DNA from: Candidatus Latescibacterota bacterium
GTDB taxonomy: Bacteria > Latescibacterota > UBA2968 > GCA-2709665
Length of the DNA stretch: 64,000 nt
Assembly: GCA_965205485.1 (NCBI GenBank)
Contig: OZ242180.1
Coordinates: 1,440,001-1,504,000, forward strand
Reading direction: 5' to 3'
Positions within the stretch are counted from its first letter, which is position 1; each line of letters opens with the position of its first letter. The notes below the pieces were generated by a model. It ran no database searches, was not told the DNA's origin, and saw only the letters and a program-made list of their open reading frames with translations. Of the stretch, positions 59,768 through 64,000 are shown one piece after another. The position numbers and the translations under genes were made by a program.

Positions 59768-60616
59768 TCACGAATCCCTTTCTTCCATCGGGATCGCCTG
59801 CTCTGATAATGCGCCCTCTTCCCATTTTTCCAGCCGAATTCCGCCATTTTCCAACACCGCATAAGTGCATTGCTGGATCCAGTCGCCCAGAACGACCAGT
59901 TCGCCTGTGCGTTCAGTTCGGGCATCGGTGTGGTCCTCGTGACGCATCTCCGTGCCTGCCGGATCGCCTGGTGAACCGCCCACGCGGGCGTGGAGCGTAA
60001 AGTGGTAGTGGCCGTGGATGACGATGTCGACGCCCTGAGCGATTTTTTCCCGTGCGGCCCTATAGAGAATATCCCGGTTACCGGAACCCCGCCTTCGGAT
60101 CCGGTATTCGGAGAGCCGTGAGGTGTACCCGGCGAGAATGGCCCCAAAGTCCGGGTGAAGCAAGCGAAACAGGCCCACGCAGAAGCGGTTTTTCAGAATG
60201 CCGCGGCTGAGGCGGAATCGCCAGTCGGTCCGGATTTCGTCTCCGTGGGCAATGTGGATCCTGAGACCCTGGTGCGTGACCGTGATGGGCCCGCCCGGCA
60301 ATTCAACGCCGAGCTGACCCGAGAAGTATTCGCCCGGCCACAGGTCGTGATTCCCCGGCAGGTAGATCACGCGAACGCCGGATTCGACGAGGTTGTACAG
60401 TTCGAACAGGACCCGGGCGCCGCTCGAAGGGACCGTCGTGCGGTACTCGAACCAGAAGTCAAAGAGGTCGCCGACGATGTATAGCGCCTCCGCGTTGCGA
60501 CGGATGGACTTCAGGAAGCCGATCAGGACCTCTTCCCGCTCGCGGGCGTTGCCTTCTATATCGGGTGCGCCGATATGAACGTCGGAGATGAAATAGATCC
60601 GTTCCAATGTCGTCAC
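59768..60616 (-). CDS. lpxH: UDP-2,3-diacylglucosamine diphosphatase (LpxH family)
   Basis: FISDVH, GDLFDFWFEY, GNHD, AHGD, GHYH, LGDW. Confidence 0.75.
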   Translation of the reverse strand: MTTLERIYFISDVHIGAPDIEGNAREREEVLIGFLKSIRRNAEALYIVGDLFDFWFEYRTTVPSSGARVLFELYNLVESGVRVIYLPGNHDLWPGEYFSGQLGVELPGGPITVTHQGLRIHIAHGDEIRTDWRFRLSRGILKNRFCVGLFRLLHPDFGAILAGYTSRLSEYRIRRRGSGNRDILYRAAREKIAQGVDIVIHGHYHFTLHARVGGSPGDPAGTEMRHEDHTDARTERTGELVVLGDWIQQCTYAVLENGGIRLEKWEEGALSEQAIPMEERDS

Positions 60617-60630
60617 CGATGTTGGAAGAA

Positions 60631-60991
60631 ACAGCTATCAGCTATCAGCCGTCAGTTTTCAGCTGTCAGCTTAAGACCAAAGGCGAAAACCACACTGCAG
60701 GATATCTGAGCCGACGTGATCCCCGCGCGGGTGCGGACCTTTCCCCTAGCCCCTTCCTGACAGGAAGGGGGAACGGTGATCGGTGGATCTACCGTCATTG
60801 GGAACGTGCCGGGACGGCGATATCCTTTCAATCGAAGTTTCTTCAAATGACCGGCACGCGACGCCTGCTTTTCCTCCCTCTCTCCCTGTGGGAGAGAGGG
60901 CCGGGGAGAGAGGTCTGCGGGGGGTGTGGAGTGGCAGGTTTTGATTTTGCCTTTCGTTTTTGTCTTTGGCTGACCGCTGATAGCTGACAGC
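60631..60991. repeat. Element bounded by inverted TCAGC heptamer arrays with internal CCCTCTC..GAGAGGG hairpins
   Basis: CAGCTATCAGCTATCAGCCGTCAG...GCTGACCGCTGATAGCTGACAGC. Confidence 0.7.
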
Positions 60992-63166
60992 TTATTGTCT
61001 TAACAGTTGCCTGATAACGGGCGCCTGGGGATCGTTGGGATTCAGTTCCAGCACCTTTCGAAGGTTGGCTCTCGCTTCCTCCAGTCGATTCAGCGCGCCA
61101 TAGGCCAGGCCAAGGTTGAAATAGGCATTCGTGAGCCTGGGGTTGATCTGAATGGCTTTCTGAAGATACGGGATCGCCTCTTCGAATCGTCCCATGCTGT
61201 GGTAGGTCCCACCAATGTTCAGGTACGTCTGCGCGTTGGCCAGGGCCGGTTGAAGTTCAAGTGCGGTCTCAAGGTGTTTGACGGCCTCCCCGTACCGGCC
61301 AAGGCCGTGGAATGAGGCGCCGATATTGACGTGGGCGCCCGGGTGTTCGGGTTGGATTTCAAGGGCTTTACGGAGAGGTTCGAGCGCCTCGCTGTATCTT
61401 CCCGCCTCGTTGTAGGCGGCGCCAAGATTGACAAGCGCGAGCGCGGTTTCGGGCTGGAGTTCCACGGCTTTCCTGAGGTGGTTGATCGCGGCGCCGTGTC
61501 GACCGGTCCCCAGGTACGCAGCACCCAGATTGATATGCGCCTCAGCGAGGTCGGGCTGGATCTCCGTTGCTTTTCTGAGGTGTTCGATCCCGCGGTCCGG
61601 CCGGCCAATGTCGCAGTAGATGATACCTACGGAGAGCCAGTGGCGTGGATTCTTCGGATTCGCATCGAGCGCGCGCTGGTAGGCATTCAACGCCGGTACG
61701 GTTCTGCCCTGCAGACGATAGTATGTACCCAGCGTCTCCCAACCGTATGAGCCGGCATGACCGCTGAGTCTGCCCATGAGGTGCACATATCGCGCCTCGG
61801 CGGCAACCGGGTTGGCGTTCAGGCCTATCCACAGCAGGGTGTGCAGGGCGGCGGCCGCGCAAATGACAGAGACGCTTCGGTGGGTCCGCTCGTCCTGACG
61901 ACGGCGTTCCAGCAGCGTCGCGGCGGCCCAGAGTGTGAGCGGCAGGGCCGGAAGCGCCAGGATATCCCAATCTCTGAAGGCACCGATTTCAGGGTTTGCG
62001 ATAAACGTGAAGAAGAGTGGGACCGCAGCGGCCGAAAGCAGGAATGGATGGTGACGATAGTCTTTTCCCCCGAACAAGAACACCGCCATCACCGCTGCGG
62101 GGGCCGAGAGGATCTGCAGATTGACAAAATCCAGCAGATGGGAGACGGAGACGATGCTGTAGGGCACATGAAAGCCCGGATCGGAAAACAGCGGGAGAAT
62201 GTGGTGTTTCCCACCGGTCCGCTCCAGAAATGCGCCGAAATCGAAGCCGGCGATCCAGAAGACGAGCAGGGCGGCCAGTGGGGCACTGCAAATCGCGGCC
62301 AGTTTATCCACGACGTTCTTCGATCTCGGCATCGACGTCTCGCGGCGCCGATATCCGCAGTACCCGAGGATTAGCAGGGAGGGCGCAAAGAGAACAAACA
62401 GAAAGTGGAACGGGATGAGCAGTCCCAGCACCAGCGCGGGTACGTAGAGGGGCGCCCGGCCTTCCAGACTTCGAAGACCCGCCAGCAGATACAGCAGACT
62501 GGCCGGCATATAGAAAGCGTAGTTCTCCACGTATCCGAAGAAGAGCTGCACGTATCCGGCGGTGAGAAGGATGGCGAATACCACGGATTTCTCACGGCCG
62601 TTCCTTCCGACGGTGCCGGCCGTGGCGAACGCCAGCACCAGATAGAGAAGGCCGGAAGCAAAGCTGTAGACACGGTACGTGTTTTCGGCGGTTCGCCAGA
62701 GCGCGGCGCCCGCATCATGCAGGAGCCGAATCAGAGCGAAGGTGAGCGGCGCCCGGTCGACGCGTTCTGTCATGCCGGCGTCCAGTTCCCGCAAATAGAG
62801 ATAGCCGTCGCCCAGGAGGTGCCGCGCCGACTGCAACGCAATGAATCCGGCAAGAGCCAGCAGAATGAACAGAGTGCGGACGATCCAGGTGCGGACGCCC
62901 TTGCCCCAGAGTGCGGCGGGAAGCGCCGCAAAAAGGGAGTGAATCCGTTCCCGCACGAACGGAACGAAAGCGAGTATCGCGAGCAGGATGAAAACAGCCC
63001 GTAGCGAATCGGGATAATAGTAGAGAAGGTCCGCGCCCCAGAAGGGATTGGGACGCCAGTAGGCGAGAAGAACGTGGAGACCCAGGAACGCGGCTGCGAC
63101 GGTCGCGGGGTTCCGGACTCCGATATGGCGCGGCCGCTTTGATTTTCGCGCTTGTCTCCGGCTCAA
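60992..63166 (-). CDS. Polytopic membrane protein with C-terminal TPR array
   Basis: Many hydrophobic segments in the first ~450 aa, then ~7 canonical TPRs. Confidence 0.85.
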   Translation of the reverse strand: MSRRQARKSKRPRHIGVRNPATVAAAFLGLHVLLAYWRPNPFWGADLLYYYPDSLRAVFILLAILAFVPFVRERIHSLFAALPAALWGKGVRTWIVRTLFILLALAGFIALQSARHLLGDGYLYLRELDAGMTERVDRAPLTFALIRLLHDAGAALWRTAENTYRVYSFASGLLYLVLAFATAGTVGRNGREKSVVFAILLTAGYVQLFFGYVENYAFYMPASLLYLLAGLRSLEGRAPLYVPALVLGLLIPFHFLFVLFAPSLLILGYCGYRRRETSMPRSKNVVDKLAAICSAPLAALLVFWIAGFDFGAFLERTGGKHHILPLFSDPGFHVPYSIVSVSHLLDFVNLQILSAPAAVMAVFLFGGKDYRHHPFLLSAAAVPLFFTFIANPEIGAFRDWDILALPALPLTLWAAATLLERRRQDERTHRSVSVICAAAALHTLLWIGLNANPVAAEARYVHLMGRLSGHAGSYGWETLGTYYRLQGRTVPALNAYQRALDANPKNPRHWLSVGIIYCDIGRPDRGIEHLRKATEIQPDLAEAHINLGAAYLGTGRHGAAINHLRKAVELQPETALALVNLGAAYNEAGRYSEALEPLRKALEIQPEHPGAHVNIGASFHGLGRYGEAVKHLETALELQPALANAQTYLNIGGTYHSMGRFEEAIPYLQKAIQINPRLTNAYFNLGLAYGALNRLEEARANLRKVLELNPNDPQAPVIRQLLRQ

Positions 63167-63206
63167 TTTCCGGTCCCTCCTGCTGTGTGCGGGACGGTTT
63201 TCTCGC

Positions 63207-63235
63207 TTGACGCGTGCACCCGATAAGGATAGTTT
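63207..63235 (+). promoter_or_regulatory. Sigma70-type promoter
   Basis: TTGACG-N17-TAGTTT upstream of the reductase gene. Confidence 0.45.
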
Positions 63236-63282
63236 AAAGGTATCGCGTGATGAATCTACCGCCGTTGCGCTACAGAGACACT

Positions 63283-64000
63283 ATGCCGGATCCTCAACGA
63301 ACCACCTATGATCTCATCATCGTCGGCGCAGGTCCGGCGGGCGCCGCCGCCGCTCTGTACGCGTCGCGGCATGGGCTCAAGACCCTTCTCCTGGACAAGT
63401 CCACTTTTCCAAGAGACAAAATCTGCGGCGACGCCCTTTCGGGAAAAGCCGTTGCCATACTGCTCGAACTCGGACTGCTCGACAGGATTCGGGACCTGCC
63501 CGGCGCCCTCATCAACAAAATCGTCTTCAGCAGCCCGGATCATGTGGATGCCTGGATCGACCTGGAGCGGCATACGCTTCACGACATCGGTACCGGCCGG
63601 AATATCCCCATGGAGGGATTTGTCATCCGCCGCACGGTTTTTGACGCCTTCCTCTTCCGTGAGGCCAGAAACAGTGTCGACGCATGCATCGAAGGGTTTG
63701 CGGTTAAAGACCTGGTCCGCGAAAACGGAATCGTCAACGGCGTAACCGGCAGCGCCAACGGACAACAGCAGACCTACCGCGCCAACCTGGTCCTGGGCTG
63801 CGACGGCTTCAACTCCGTCGTCGCACGCCGAACAGGGCAATATCGCCACGACGGCCGCCACTGGGTTGTGGCCCTGCGTTGCTATTACGAAAACGTGACG
63901 GGACTGAAGGACCAGATCGAACTGCACTTCGTCAACGAAGTCCTTCCCGGGTACTTCTGGGCCTTCCCCCTTGAAAACGGCTATGCGAACGTTGGCATCG
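63283..64000 (+). CDS. Geranylgeranyl reductase family FAD oxidoreductase (partial, runs off the window)
   Basis: Not in the ORF track. Manual translation: YDLIIVGAGPAG...LLDKSTFPRDKICGDAL...RRTVFD...LGCDGFNS...PGYFWAFP..NGYANVGI. Confidence 0.9.
   Translation, partial: MPDPQRTTYDLIIVGAGPAGAAAALYASRHGLKTLLLDKSTFPRDKICGDALSGKAVAILLELGLLDRIRDLPGALINKIVFSSPDHVDAWIDLERHTLHDIGTGRNIPMEGFVIRRTVFDAFLFREARNSVDACIEGFAVKDLVRENGIVNGVTGSANGQQQTYRANLVLGCDGFNSVVARRTGQYRHDGRHWVVALRCYYENVTGLKDQIELHFVNEVLPGYFWAFPLENGYANVGI

Overview
GC-rich Gram-negative bacterial DNA. The dockerin-like 'DFxDFxxFAxxFG' modules and the repeat families suggest a Latescibacterota/Handelsmanbacteria-like lineage, but that is inference only. 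The left ~45 kb is almost entirely minus-strand and holds an expanded array of at least ten paralogous loci for exported TPR + GWxTD-domain proteins: seven intact, one frameshifted, one truncated, and one running off the window edge and missing from the ORF track. Interleaved are two Kelch lipoproteins, three tandem dockerin-like/FGE-sulfatase genes, a MacB/FtsX-type permease, a HAD hydrolase and an uncharacterised lipoprotein. At the head of the array sits a Ser/Thr kinase-STAND ATPase-TPR-GAF-sigma54 activator. It is followed directly by two GTATAC-N3-GTATAC dyads and a -24/-12 sigma54 promoter pointing into the array. An ECF-like motif (GAACCC-N16/17-TCTT) recurs upstream of four array genes. 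This regulated array is the best candidate for an undescribed system. To the right lie an orphan peptide-binding protein, a promoter/terminator-bounded non-coding segment with a tRNA-like T-arm, an abiEi antitoxin whose toxin appears internally deleted, and tmRNA. These are followed by a TonB-dependent receptor with a DUF4249-like lipoprotein, a DUF418 protein, ilvD, glpK, an LpxH-family gene, a membrane-TPR protein and a geranylgeranyl-reductase-family gene. Several REP/REPIN-like families occur, one with self-nested insertions.
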